A DNA stretch of 33,000 nucleotides from Sminthopsis crassicaudata (lineage: Eukaryota), in contig NC_133621.1 in assembly GCF_048593235.1 (NCBI RefSeq), forward strand, positions 254,252,238 through 254,285,237. Direction: 5' to 3'. Positions 11,063 through 22,754 of this stretch are shown one piece after another; within the stretch, counting starts at the first letter, position 1, and every line of letters starts with the position of its first letter. Below the pieces are notes generated by a model, which had not been told where the DNA came from, did not search any database, and worked only from the letters and a program-made list of their open reading frames with translations. Position numbers and translations under genes: made by a program.

Positions 11063-11280
11063 AGTTGTTCTTGTTCAATTGTTTCAGCTGTGTCCTCTTT
11101 CTTGGTAAAGATACTGGAATGGTTTGCCAATTTCTTCTACAGCTCATTTTACAGATGAAGAACTGAGACAAACAGGGTCAAGTGACTTACGCAGGGTGAC
11201 ACAGCTAATAAGTGTCAGATTTGAAATCAAGACGATGAGTCTTTTTGACTGAGGCTTGACATTCTATCTACTGTGTTACA
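11063..11280 (-). mobile_element. Mar1 (MAR1) marsupial SINE, near full length with internal deletions
   Basis: gttgttcttgttcaattgtttcagctgtgtcc...cttggtaaagatactggaatggtttgcc...agctcattttacagatgaagaactgagacaaacagggtcaagtgactt resembles antisense Mar1. Confidence 0.85.
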
Positions 11281-11414
11281 TGTTACATAGTGCTTAATAA
11301 AAGCTTTTAAGAAAAATTTTTTTAAATTTAACTTCATTTTTAAAATAATGATGCATATTTGATGAAATCAAGAGGCTACTATATCTACATGCCTCCATTC
11401 ACTGATGCAGTTTC

Positions 11415-11590
11415 CAATTTTGTATATCTTCTCACCATGTGTGATTATTGCTATTTTTGTCCACACCTTTTTGCAAATTCTCTTGGTTAGACTTCTTACT
11501 GTTTTCATTGCATTTCATGGATCCCAGTGCATCACATGGGCTGATCATCTGCTGCCTCTTTTCATCATTAGATGACCAGAATGGACAAGG
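11415..11590 (-). mobile_element. RTE-clade LINE or RTE-derived SINE 3' remnant
   Basis: Minus strand ggcagcagatgatcagcccatgtgatgcactgggatccatgaaatg...ggtgtggacaaaaatagca resembles the end of marsupial RTE ORF (WTARVLHWYP...WTR-like region). Confidence 0.55.
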
Positions 11591-11699
11591 TCAAAGTCTG
11601 GACATCCGAATTTCCTTGTTTATAAGTAAATCATAAGTGAGAGAACTTCCCCTGACAGTGGAATTTCTTAAGTCTGGGTGAAGGGCATATGGTATAAAA

Positions 11700-12305
11700 T
11701 TTGAAGGTTTAACCCACATAGGCAAAAATGTTTGTTGCAGCTCTTTTTGTGAGGAATTAGAAATCAACTGGATATCCATCAGTTGAGAAATGGTTGAATA
11801 AGTTATGATATATGAATGTAATGAAATATTATTGCTATATAAGAAATGAACAGACTGCAAAAAAGCATGGAAAGACTTACATGAATTGATACTGAGTCAA
11901 ATAAGCAGAACCAAGAAAGCATTGTACACAGCAGCAGCAAGATTGTGTGACAATCAAATGTGAGAGACTTAACTCTTCTCAGCAATTCAGTGATAAAAGA
12001 GAATTCCAATAACTTAGGATGAAAAATGTCATCCACATCCAAAGAAAGAACTATTGACACTGCATGTGGATTGAAGCATATTATTTTCATCTTTTTTTCT
12101 TTCTTATGGTTTTTCACTTTTGTTCTGGTTTTTCAACATGAGTCATATGAAAAATATGTTAAAAATGAATGTACATATATGACCTGTATCAAAATGCTTG
12201 TTAACATGAAGAAGGGGGAGGAAGAAAAAAAATTTGGAACCCCAAATCTTACAAAAATGAACATCGAAAACCATCCTTGTATGTAATTAGAAAAATAATA
12301 TAATC
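11700..12305 (+). mobile_element. L1 ORF2 tail plus 3' UTR, marsupial type, 5'-truncated
   Basis: caaaaatgtttgttgcagctctttttgtg...gaaatggttgaataagttatgatatatgaatgtaatgaaatatt...; similar to the copy at 9045-9300. Confidence 0.88.
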
Positions 12306-12419
12306 TTAAAATGGAAAAATGCATTGTAGTTAACCCTCCTCTCCAAAAATTTGAAGTTTTAACCCATGGAAGATAGGGAGTTGCAAAAGCTAATAAAAAT
12401 CACTGAAGCCCAAAATTTG

Positions 12420-12600
12420 AGCATTGGAAGGGATTTCAGTGTTCATTTAATCTAGTCCATCCACCCCATTATATCATAAACAACAAGTGGTTATTCAGTC
12501 TTTACATGAAGACTTCAAAGAAAGGAAGACCCAGGAACAAATATACTCCAGTACTTAACCATCCCTCTGCCCTAATTTTTCCTAGATTGGAAACAAGTGT
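12420..12600 (-). mobile_element. L3/CR1 3' end fragment
   Basis: ttggaagggatttcagtgttcatttaatctagtcc...aagtggttattcagtctttacatgaagacttc resembles the antisense L3 end. Confidence 0.55.
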
Positions 12601-12644
12601 GTTACTTCTCAAGTCTTGACCTCAGGCATTTCTGATGTCAATAC

Positions 12645-13055
12645 AATTCTTTTTAATAATATTTCATTTTCCAAATACATGTAAAATATTTTCCAACATT
12701 AATTTTTATAAAACTTTGTGTTCCAAATTTTTCTTCCTCTCTCCCTTAGCTCCCTTCTCCCCAAGATATCAAGCAATTTCATATAAGTTAAATATATGCA
12801 ATTCTTTTAAACATATTTTCATATTTGTCATGTTGTACAAGAAAAATCGACTCAAAAGGGGAAAAACATGAGAAAGGAGAAATACAAGCAAAAAAACCCC
12901 CCCAAAAATCCAAGAACAACATAAAAGGTGAAAATACTATGCTTTGATCCACATTCAGTCTAGATAGTTTTCTTTTTCTGGGTGTGGATGGCATTTTCCA
13001 TCCCAAGTCAATTGGAATTGCCCTTGAATCACTATATTGTTGAAAAAAGCCAAGA
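12645..13055 (-). mobile_element. L1 3' UTR fragment, marsupial type
   Basis: ttttccaaatacatgtaaaatattttccaacatt...atgctttgatccacattcagtc...ggatggcattttccatcccaagtc. Confidence 0.85.
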
Positions 13056-13289
13056 TACAATTCTGTAAAGAAACTTCTTCCAAATATTGAACAATCAATT
13101 CCTTACTCTCAATCATACTAGATTTCATGTACTAGAAATGTTCTTCCAAGTTGATTGCAACAGAAAAGGCTTTGTAAGAGATGCTAAGCCTGGACTTGGC
13201 CCTAATCCCAATACTTGAGGAATCTTTTCTACAAACTAGGAAAGCTAAATTTCATATCTATCTTAATAAGTCTTTTTAAGCAGTTTGGA

Positions 13290-13475
13290 AATACCTGAGT
13301 TCAAATCCTGCTTGAGATATTTATTCATTGTGTAAGATAGCTGCTCAAGTTGCTTAACCTCTTTCAGTCTCAGTTTTCTCAGCAGCAAAATTAGGATAAA
13401 AATTGCACTTACTAATCAGGTTATATTGAAGATTAAATGAGATAAACAACAGAACATGTTTTGCAAGCCTTTAAT
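13290..13475 (+). mobile_element. MIR SINE
   Basis: cctgagttcaaatcctgc...cttaacctctttcagtctcagttttctc...gaagattaaatgagataa...ttttgcaagcctttaa. Confidence 0.78.
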
Positions 13476-13929
13476 GCCAGTTCTTTCTGTCAATTTTGCA
13501 ATTACTTTGGACTTTTATTTTCCTGAACATGCTACCTTCCTGATAAAGTAGAATCTAGGACTGAAATAGTTAGGAGAGCTAACTCTTTTTTGACTATAGT
13601 GGAAGAATAAGCTTAAGGTTCCTCTAATCTCTTCTGCATAAACATCTTTATATTGATAATATATTTTAAAATAACTCTTCACATATGCAAAAATATTGTC
13701 ACTTGTGGATGTTCTTTTATTTTTTTATCTTTCAATTTATACTCTATAGGTTTTTGATTTTTAATATGTCCTCTTTTAGTGTTTTCTATAAATTATTTTA
13801 TAATATTCTAGATATTTTTGTTACTCTCTTAATGACACTTTCCATTTACCTCAGTTATCTCTTTCTGTGGAATTCACAAATAGTCATTGTACCTTAGGAG
13901 AATCAAAAATATTAATTATATTATTTACA

Positions 13930-14085
13930 GGACCATAGAATTTTAAAACTAAAAGAATTATAAAGACAGAGTAGCCATTCTAGCCCCTCTTCCCATCTTT
14001 TTTAGACATGGAAGTGAAAGTGATTTTTTTCCCTAATTTCATGGCACTAGTGTATCAAAGTCAGGAACAGAACCCCTGACTCCTC
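13930..14085 (-). mobile_element. Degenerate MIR fragment
   Basis: catagaattttaaaactaaaag...atcaaagtcaggaacagaacccctgactcc. Confidence 0.45.
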
Positions 14086-14802
14086 TATAGATATATCACA
14101 GTCTTATCAATGTGTGTTTTGTATCCACCTACTTTGTCCAGTATGAATGTTTTGTTTTGTTTTTACTCTGAAGTGATTTATTGAGGAGACTTTAATATGC
14201 TGGAGTTTGATACAAATACAACTATTTGGAAAACCTTCACACATCCTTAGGGAATTCTTCTATTTGATCTTTCCATAGAATATCTTCCATGACATTTAAT
14301 GCGGTAGTCTGGGCTCAACTGAAGTACTAATTCTGTAGGTCTATCAGTCCTCAAACCACATTTTAGATGCTGAGCTTTTAGAGTCTACTGTGTGGTTCCA
14401 ATTTTGACTGATGAAAGTAGATAATGTTATGGCACATTCATTGTGTTTTACATCTATTACAGACCTCCTTATGGTTTCATCTACAGTATAAATAGATTTT
14501 CTTTGAATGATCTGGCTTAGTTACTTCTTAAGTCAAGATCCCAGCTATAAACTTATTTCACTTCCATTCCTTCTCATTATTTTTAAGGCAATACTTTAAT
14601 GTTTTATAAATTCACTCTAAACTTTTGTGGCCTTTGACTGCCATGTATTTTCAATTGGTTCAGAGATTAATTATTTTTTAGTTCGTTCTGCCTCATTGTG
14701 GTGGTGATTGTTTTTCCCTTGTTAAGACTTCACTTAGAAATGGCAATAAAATAAAAATCTTTCCTTTGTTGACAACTTGTCCAAATTTCTCTTTGTTTAT
14801 AG

Positions 14803-14892
14803 CTGCTAAAAATACTGACAGGGTCATCTTTGTTCTCTTTTATGTGGTCGTTTACTTTGATTTTTGTGTCAACTGGTCTGTTTTAAGATGGG
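14803..14892 (+). other. Candidate 90-nt symmetric (phase 1) exon
   Basis: tttctctttgtttatag|CT...TGGG|gtaaga; open frame xAKNTDRVIFVLFYVVVYFDFCVNWSVLRW; no homologue recognised. Confidence 0.2.
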
Positions 14893-15030
14893 GTAAGATC
14901 ATATCAATATGGAAACATTAAATAGCATGTAAAAATTGTGTCTTGTCACAGGTACAAAATGACTAGATGGTAAATAATTTAATATTTTACATTATAGAAG
15001 GCATGATTGTAAAATAGGAATGAATTCTTG

Positions 15031-15034
<4 letters not shown>

Positions 15035-15108
<74 letters not shown>
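15035..15108 (+). repeat. (CT)37 microsatellite
   Basis: Directly visible; gives the SLSLSL stretch of ORF 15020-15247. Confidence 0.98.
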
Positions 15109-15111
<3 letters not shown>

Positions 15112-15119
15112 CATTTCAG

Positions 15120-15170
15120 TCTTTGTTAGTAAATATTTGCCTTGGCCTTATCAAGAAGATTTTCTGAGAT
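15120..15170 (+). other. Candidate 51-nt symmetric (phase 1) exon
   Basis: (CT)n-tttcatttcag|TC...GAGAT|gtaagc; open frame xFVSKYLPWPYQEDFLR. Confidence 0.2.
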
Positions 15171-16899
15171 GTAAGCCTCCTAATTGTTTTTCAATTTCAA
15201 AGAAGCTAACAGGACATTATAAGACAAAGAGTAAGATGCACTTTTAATGTATCTCACTACTTTTCTCAGAACTTTATGTTCCATTATTTTCACTAGGTTC
15301 CATTATTTCATTATTTACACACTTTTCAGTATAACTGGTGAGTATCACTTTCAGAATAACAGAAGTTTCTTCATAATTTTAATTCTTTGCTTTCTCTTCC
15401 TCTCTAATATTATCACTATTTATCTATCATTATTGTTCAGCAATTAAACTGGAAAATGTTTTGTACTCTTACTAATGTTCATAAGAAATAATGCAGACAC
15501 ATTTAATTGTAACCCCATTGTATAGCAGTGTAGAAATACAAGGTTTGTTTTGTGATTAAAGGCCTAAGTTCAGGAAGTAGTGACCTGAATAGGGCCAGCT
15601 TTTAATGTAATCTCTGTCTGCTGACTGCTGTTCCAAGAATAAGAATTTAAGCCAAAAGATTTAATGAAATCCCTATGGATTAATGCCACCTGGGCTGAGG
15701 AATTGGCTCACTTCATAGCTTTGCTAAAACCAAGAGGTTTCCAGTCTCAATCAAGGAGTATCCAAGAGAGGCAACTCTGAGTTCATCAATAATTTACATT
15801 TTTTGTTATTGTAACTGACAAACCTAATACTTATGATTCGGTTGTCCGTCTGGGTCTAAGGTAATCACTTAGGCACTCACAGTGTATGCTGGAAATCCAA
15901 TGCTAAACAGATATTTAGCTCTGTGCTATGACTTAGTTAAAGCTTAGCTAAAATCAATAATTCAATTAAAATGAAATCATTGAAATGTTGGAAAGGAAAG
16001 TTTGGCTGTAAGCATCGGTTGTTATATCCCTTTAAAATTATTTATATTCTTTTGAAGAACAAAGTTTAGTTGTATTAAGTGTATTAATATGTTTTAAAAT
16101 TTCAGAAAAAATGAAATTAAAAATATGTCTAAGCCTCCCATATTCTATTCTATTCCATGCTTAATTCTGTGAATAGAATTATGATTTGGAGTTCTAGTAT
16201 CAGAGGTTTACATTTTAGCTTCTGTAGAAACATCAATAATCCCTGAGTCTCAGAGTAATTTTCTGTTATTTTTGTGTTGCGTCTGGTTCTAAGAATAGGT
16301 GTGGGAATTTTAAGGCTCCATCTGCATTATTGACAATGGATGCATATGATAGTTTATGAAAAATATGAATATCTGAGTAAATTAATAATAAAATATTTTT
16401 ATGAAAAGACATAAAAAACATAGTGATCCTGATGGATATAATCTGTGCCCCACCAATACTATGGAATGAATGACTGCAAAGTCACCTGAATGTCAGAGGT
16501 ATGAGATAAACCTAAGTATTGTCACAGATATCTTTTGAAAAAAAAAGTCATTATAAGTTTGAGAGATTCTGTGGCAAATGGGAAAAAACCCTGCATATTT
16601 ATATTCAATAAACAAATGGAATAGCTATGTGTTCCCTATAGCAGAACAAGTCTACCTATCCATCCTTTTGATAGATGCCCATGTAAAAGAGAAATGAAAT
16701 TAACTCCCAAAAGATGGCCTTGCAAGTCCTGAAAAATGTTTAATTATTTGACCTTATCCCTTCAGAAAACTGGTCCCTTGATAAGTTATAATAAATTAAT
16801 TACAAGAGAATGATTGTTTTCTTCCTTTTTAAATGGAAACTTTAAAAATAAACTTTAGAGAGGGCTTTATAAAGATGAATTTTTTTTTGAGGAAGGGGT

Positions 16900-17510
16900 A
16901 CAATCAATCAATAAAAATTGAAATATCTGTTATTTACCAGGCTCTGGGAAATATAAATATGGGGGAAAAAATTAAAGCCTCTGACTTTAAGGAGCTTATG
17001 TTCTGTTAATGAAGACAATATACATATATAGCAGTTAAATTGGCTTAATGCACAACCTGAGTTGAAATCCTATTTCGGATGCTAACTAGCAGCTATATGA
17101 TCTTAAGCAAACTACTTAACCTTTTTTCATTCTCTTTGTCATCATGCATAAAATGGGAATAATCATGGCATCTAACACAGAGGGTTGTGTGAGGACTAAA
17201 TGAAATAATACTTGTAAGGCATTTTGCAAACCTTAAAGGATTGTGCAAATTCTAATTATGCTTATTATTTACAAATCATGCAAAATGTATAAGGGATAAC
17301 CTTCATGGAGAGGCAGTTGCAGCTGGGAGGACCAAGTAAAACCTCATGCTGAAACTTCAGTTAAGGTTTAAAGGAAACACAGCATTTCCAAAGTGAAAAG
17401 AGAGGGCGTTCCAGGAATGAGGAATAGTCATTTCAAAGATAAAAGGTAACAAATAGAATGACATATAAGAGAAACATTAAGAAGTCTAGGTTGACTGGAA
17501 TAAAGCATGC
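16900..17510 (-). mobile_element. L2 LINE 3' region interrupted by a MIR
   Basis: aatcaatcaataaa...ttaaggagcttatgttct (antisense L2 end), resuming at about 17270 with cagctgggaggacc...gttccaggaatgagg...gttgactggaat. Confidence 0.6.
17055..17260 (+). mobile_element. MIR SINE nested in L2
   Basis: cctgagttgaaatcc...acttaacc...taaaatgggaataat...gggttgtgtgaggactaaatgaaataatacttgtaaggcattttgcaaaccttaaag. Confidence 0.78.
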
Positions 17511-19499
17511 TAGATATTAATTTAATATTGATGCCCAGAAACTGAGTAGTGTTTACTAGTAGGTGTCATTTATTAAAATGATGTATTAGTATTTTATAGG
17601 AAATTCAATGATAAAGATGAACATATACAAATATGTATATGTATATATGATGGTTAATAAAACTAAATAATTCTAGGAAGTAGTCTACTATGTAGTTGTT
17701 AGTGGGGTTTTCTAAAAATAATATTACAAGTTTTATTGATTTTACCAGAAAATTGTTGACTTTCAAGAAACACTGACATAAAGTCAGATCTTTCAAGTCC
17801 CGTCATGAATCAATTGAACCTTTGGAAATAAAGTTTTCATTTCATAGACATTCTACTAAGACACTTCAACATTTTAAAGCCCATATGGAAAATAATACTA
17901 AAACTTTGTAAGAATTTCTAAAAGCATCATGGTATGCCAATTGTCATCACATTATTAAAGGTTAGTATTTGTAATTCCGTTGATTTTTTTATTCTATTTT
18001 TACATCTTTCTGCCAACCTAAAAAGAAATTTAAGAATAATTACTTATTCAGTGCTTTATATCATGTGTGTGAACACAGTACATTTGTGTAATACATGATA
18101 AATATAATGTGTAATAAATGATAAATATAAAATATATGTAAGATATATACATAAATAATATATAAATAAATAGTATATGTGTATAATATTATTGTTAAAT
18201 TTATAACTTGATGTCATGTCAAACAAGATCAGAAATTCTTGACCTCTAACAGTTTAGAAGAATTTAGTATGTGGATATTTGGGGAGGACTTAACTTTTAT
18301 TGCTTTAAATGAAGATTTTGACTTGGTTCTTTTTAAGATGGTTATGTTGGTTATGTTCAAACCCTTAAGTAGCTAATGTTGAATATGGGGAAGTTAGGGA
18401 ATAAGAATTTATAGCCCCAACTACTCTTTTACAGGGTGAAGAGGTACATTAGATGTCACAAATCCTTCTTATCTTGATACCTCATCTTGGTGAGATAACT
18501 CATTTCTAGTGTTGGCATCCATTTAAAAACAATGCCTGAATAGCTATGATATTAACTGTTGCATTACAATGAATTGCCCTTCCCCTTTAATGTCACATTA
18601 GACATGTATGATATATGATATGGAATAGTTAACTCTATTATTTTCACTCAGAATCAACTTTTCAACTGCAAGATGTGTTTGTTTAGAATTTTTTCTCCTT
18701 TTCCTCAATTTGTTTATTTAAGGTCAAAATGAACATTGTCTTATCCCAGTTTGAAATATAATTACAGCTTCTTTTCTCTATTTGGGAGTCATAGTTGAGG
18801 GAAAGAAGGAAATCAAATTATGGAGAATTTCCACAGGAGTTGAACATAGCGACACTCAAGAGATGTCATTATTTGTTTAGTAATGGTGGCACTCAGAATT
18901 ATTCCAACTAACTCTTTTTGTGCCTGGATTTTAAAAGTTCCCTCTAGGAGGTGCTCACCTGGGGTAGAGGAAGGACATACCATCTGTTAGTTTCCTATTT
19001 GAACTAATTATTTTTGCTACCTGGGGGCTAAGTTCAGTTGTTTCTAAGCTACAGAAGGACATAAGGCATTATCAACCTCCACTAAATGTTAGGCTGGAAC
19101 AAAGTTCTGATCATCCAACCTTGGTTACAACTCTAGTAGCCCAAGTAATAAAATATTTTTTCCAAGGGGTGAGCAAGACTCTTTTCTCTCTTTTTTGGTA
19201 TTTTTCCATATGTTTTCCCTACCAAACTATTTTGTTCTAGAAAAAAAGTTAATCATTATTTGAAACTTCTTAGCTTGCTTTACAAATGGTCACTACTACT
19301 ACTGCTATCACTCTCTCGCTACTGTTCCATTGTTTTACTTCTGCCAGGCAATTTCTTTTCCACCTTTTTATTTTTAATTTCTTGTAAATGTTTATTTCCT
19401 ATTATTGTTCCAAATAAAACACTTCTCTTCCCTAACTTACAGTGAGATGCATATTTGGAAAAGAAAAAGATGAACAGTACATTTTAATGAAATAAGATT

Positions 19500-19630
19500 T
19501 ACCCAATCACATGTTCTGTACATTTTAGGGTGAAGAAAATAAAGATCTAGAAAGATAACGGCATTTGCTTCATTATAATAAGTTGTAGAATTGAGATTTG
19601 AACTCAGGTCCTGTCACTCCAAGTTCAGAA
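19500..19630 (-). mobile_element. MIR fragment
   Basis: gagatttgaactcaggtcctgtcactccaagttcag resembles an antisense SINE head. Confidence 0.55.
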
Positions 19631-19859
19631 ATCTCTGAAGTCATTCCTCTTTTTTTTAAACTTTTCTCATTCTCCTATCACATCCAGTGTTTCTAAGCTA
19701 ACTCCATTATGTCTTTTTACATAAGTTCCTCCATCTCTATCCTTACCATCAACACCACCCTGGTTGAGATACATTGATGTATTATGTAGAAAAGATTAAC
19801 CATGATGATAAAGGATCTTGAGATCATCCTTGAGATGAGAACCCTTTGATGAAATAAGA

Positions 19860-20035
19860 TATTTAGGCTGGAAAATGAGTCTACAATGTCTATCTTCAGT
19901 TAGATAAAATCATTTCATGTGAGAAAGACAAAAAGTTCGCTCTAATATAATTTAGAGCTAACCAAAAAAGGTAGTGGTGGTTCCTTTGAAAGTTATTGAG
20001 TACCCATCATAATGAGTCTTCAAGTCAAAAGCTAA
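19860..20035 (+). mobile_element. L3/CR1 3' fragment
   Basis: aatttagagctaaccaaaaa...tgagtacccatcataatgagtcttcaagtcaaaagct resembles the L3 3' end. Confidence 0.5.
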
Positions 20036-20469
20036 AAGGAATAAGAAACTATATACTGTTGTTTTTGTTTTGTTTTGTTTTGGTTTGTTTTTTTGATGCT
20101 GATAGTCGGAAAGTGAGGTAAAGGCTGCATTCTTGTCTAGATGAAGTAAAAACTCACCTTAGGTCAGAATGATTTGGGCCAGAGTCCAGCTTTCCACAGG
20201 GAAGAGCAGATGGCTGTCCACTGGTTTTTTCTCCTTTTAGGACATTTACATTTTTTGCTCTTTTAGTTCTCTGATGATGCATAAGCCACAATTACATAAT
20301 ACTTAATAAATTCAAAAGCACTTTCCCAAACCTTCCCTATGAACTGTTTAGTCAGTTTTATAGTTGAGACAATTCAGAGAAGGAAGGTGGTGTAAATCTT
20401 GCTCATCTGACTTCCAACAATGTTATTTTCACTGTATACTCCAGAGAGCTAAATTTCTTTTTTTTTCCC

Positions 20470-20665
20470 ATTGGGAGACAGTGGAAAAAGCATTGGTGAT
20501 ATGAGAAAACCTGGATTCAAATTCTGTTTCTGTTATTGTTTGTATTAGCTAGTAACCTAATCTTGCCTGTCAAAGAGCCTCCCTAGGCCTCACTTTACTT
20601 TATTTGTACAATAAATGGATGAGACTAGCTGTCCTCTGAGAAATCTTCCAGCTTTAGAATTAGGA
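20470..20665 (+). mobile_element. MIR/MIR3 SINE
   Basis: gtggaaaaagcattgg...acctggattcaaattctg...ctaggcctcacttt...tctgagaaatcttccagctttagaattaggatcctatga. Confidence 0.7.
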
Positions 20666-20774
20666 TCCTATGAATATATCCAGAACTTCTCCATGCCTTT
20701 GCTCAGGCTATCCAATGTCCTATGCTGCAACCACTACCATAAATTACAATCGTACTCCTTCATAGAACAGTGTA

Positions 20775-20950
20775 ATTTCAGTCAATAAGAAAACAATTAA
20801 GTGCCTACATGTTCCAAATAGTCTATTAAACATTAAGGATTTAAAGAAAAGCAAAAAAATCCCTAATTTCAAGGAACTTGCATTCTATTGGGGGAGACAG
20901 CATTCAGACAATTATGTACAAACAAGATATATAAGGAAAATATTGGAGGT
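20775..20950 (-). mobile_element. L2 3' end fragment
   Basis: ttcagtcaataagaaaacaattaagtgcctacatgttcc...tcaaggaacttgcattctattggggagacag. Confidence 0.7.
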
Positions 20951-21024
20951 CATCGCACTAGCATCTTAATAAATAACTCCAGAGAGGACAATTAGTACTT
21001 ATTTATGAAACCCCTAAAAGTATC

Positions 21025-21450
21025 ACTTGTAAGTGGTTATCCAGACCCTGCTTGAAAACTTCCAGAAAGTAGAATCTACCATCTTGGGTCCATTCTACTT
21101 TTGGATAATTTCTAGGAAGGGATTTTTTCTCCTTTAGATGAAGTCTCATACTCCCTATCTGCAAATTCCATTTATTCCATTTCTGTTCCCTAACATAGAA
21201 TACCTTGTATATAACTCTCCTTCAAAATCAAACATAATTTTCTTAACCTTTCTATGTCTTCTTTTCTCTTGTTTAAATATATCTAGCACCTTGTTGGACA
21301 TATACTTCATTCCTTTAATCTTCTGATAACCATCCTCTAGAGGGATCCAGAATCTATGCTAAAATTTAGCAAAAACAAGAGAACATTCCACCGTAGATAT
21401 TATCTGACCAGGACAGTGTACTGAAATATTAGCTACTCCCTGATACTTTT
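21025..21450 (-). mobile_element. L3/CR1 fragment
   Basis: aagtggttatccagaccctgcttgaaaacttcc...cattctacttttggata...tatctgaccaggacagtgta. Confidence 0.65.
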
Positions 21451-21489
21451 TCCCACAACTTACATTTTGAGGAAATTATGCAGGCCAGC

Positions 21490-21890
21490 CATGTTTTTCC
21501 CTTCTTACCTCTCTAGTTCTACTCCTGACTTGCTGAATTTCTTTCTCTATCATTATGCAGTAGCCCTCTTGCCCTGGAAAATCATTCTGCCTATGTAGTC
21601 CTTTCTTCTGATTGGTGAATTTTTCTTGGAAACTCCATTTTTAAGAAAAGTACCCAGACTAGCCAGGCTTAGTCCTTTATTCCTCTCTGTACTCCATTCC
21701 TGACTTTCTCCTGTCAGTTATGTTCCTCCCTTTCCTCCTTTTCAAATTCTTTATAATTGTTTAATCCTTTAGACTGTAAGCCCCTTAAAAGCTAAGGTTT
21801 TCTTTCTTTGGCTTAGATTTGGATTCCAATATTTGTCAGTTTGATTCATACCAAGTACCAGAGTAAAAGCTTGTTGATTTCATTTGACTT
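21490..21890 (+). mobile_element. L2 3' region
   Basis: ccctcttgccctggaaaatc...ttagactgtaagcccctt...gtaaaagcttgttgattttcatttgac. Confidence 0.6.
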
Positions 21891-21899
21891 TTTCAGATT

Positions 21900-22200
21900 A
21901 TTTTCACTAATGTACCTGAATATTATATGAGATTTTTGGTACCATATTGTCAGCTCATGATGAGCTCATACAAGCTCATGATGAGCTTGTAAATGCACTT
22001 GCAGTAAAGTTTTTGATCACATGACATATTTTCATATGCTGCCTCTCCTATCCTGTGATTTTATGGCTGGTTTTCTAAAATCAAAATTTGCATGTACCTA
22101 TTTTATATTTTCTGTTTTTCTTAAAGATACATCTCAAACACCACCACTTCAAAGAACTGATCTCTATAGTTTTAACTAATTTGTCATTATTTAAAACTAT
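21900..22200 (-). mobile_element. Degenerate L3/CR1 fragment
   Basis: ttttggtaccatattgtcagctcat...catattttcatatgctgcctctcctatcctgtgatt...ttgcatgtacctatt. Confidence 0.45.
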
Positions 22201-22437
22201 TACATAATTTTGCACTTATGCTATATATTATACTTCCTTAGTATAGCTATTCATATATTTGTCTTTATAATGTTTTATGTATACATTTTGTTATTAGTTT
22301 TAATATATGCATATATGCATTTGTGCATATGTGTATATTTTAGTGTTATATATAAAAGAATGTTTCATAATGTTTTTGATGAATGAGTAGAAATTTCTGA
22401 AAGTTCAATATGGGGCTTTGTAGATTATCAATAGAAC

Positions 22438-22492
22438 TATATATATATATATATATATATATGTGCATATATATACATATATATATATATAT
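22438..22492. repeat. Interrupted (TA)n microsatellite
   Basis: Directly visible. Confidence 0.95.
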
Positions 22493-22754
22493 TACTCAAT
22501 TGAATAAATCCTGGATTGAATAAATAGAATGGTTTTGCCACATTCATTATTAACTACATTTTAAAAGGCAATTTTTTATCTCTGTCTGAGTAGTTACTTT
22601 AGATATTTCTACAGAAAGGTCTAAATGTAATTTTAAAAGAAAATCTCCATGCTTCAGAATTTCTGTAGAGAATTAAGTTGTGTTCAAAATATCCAACTGG
22701 GAGAATTCACCTGCTTTGGGAAATGTACAAAGGATTATATATTTAGATACTCAC

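Noticed and set aside
17790-17907. Open frame SFKSRHESIEPLEIK... ending at GTAAGA
   Set aside because: No usable pyrimidine tract at the required acceptor and no recognised homology.
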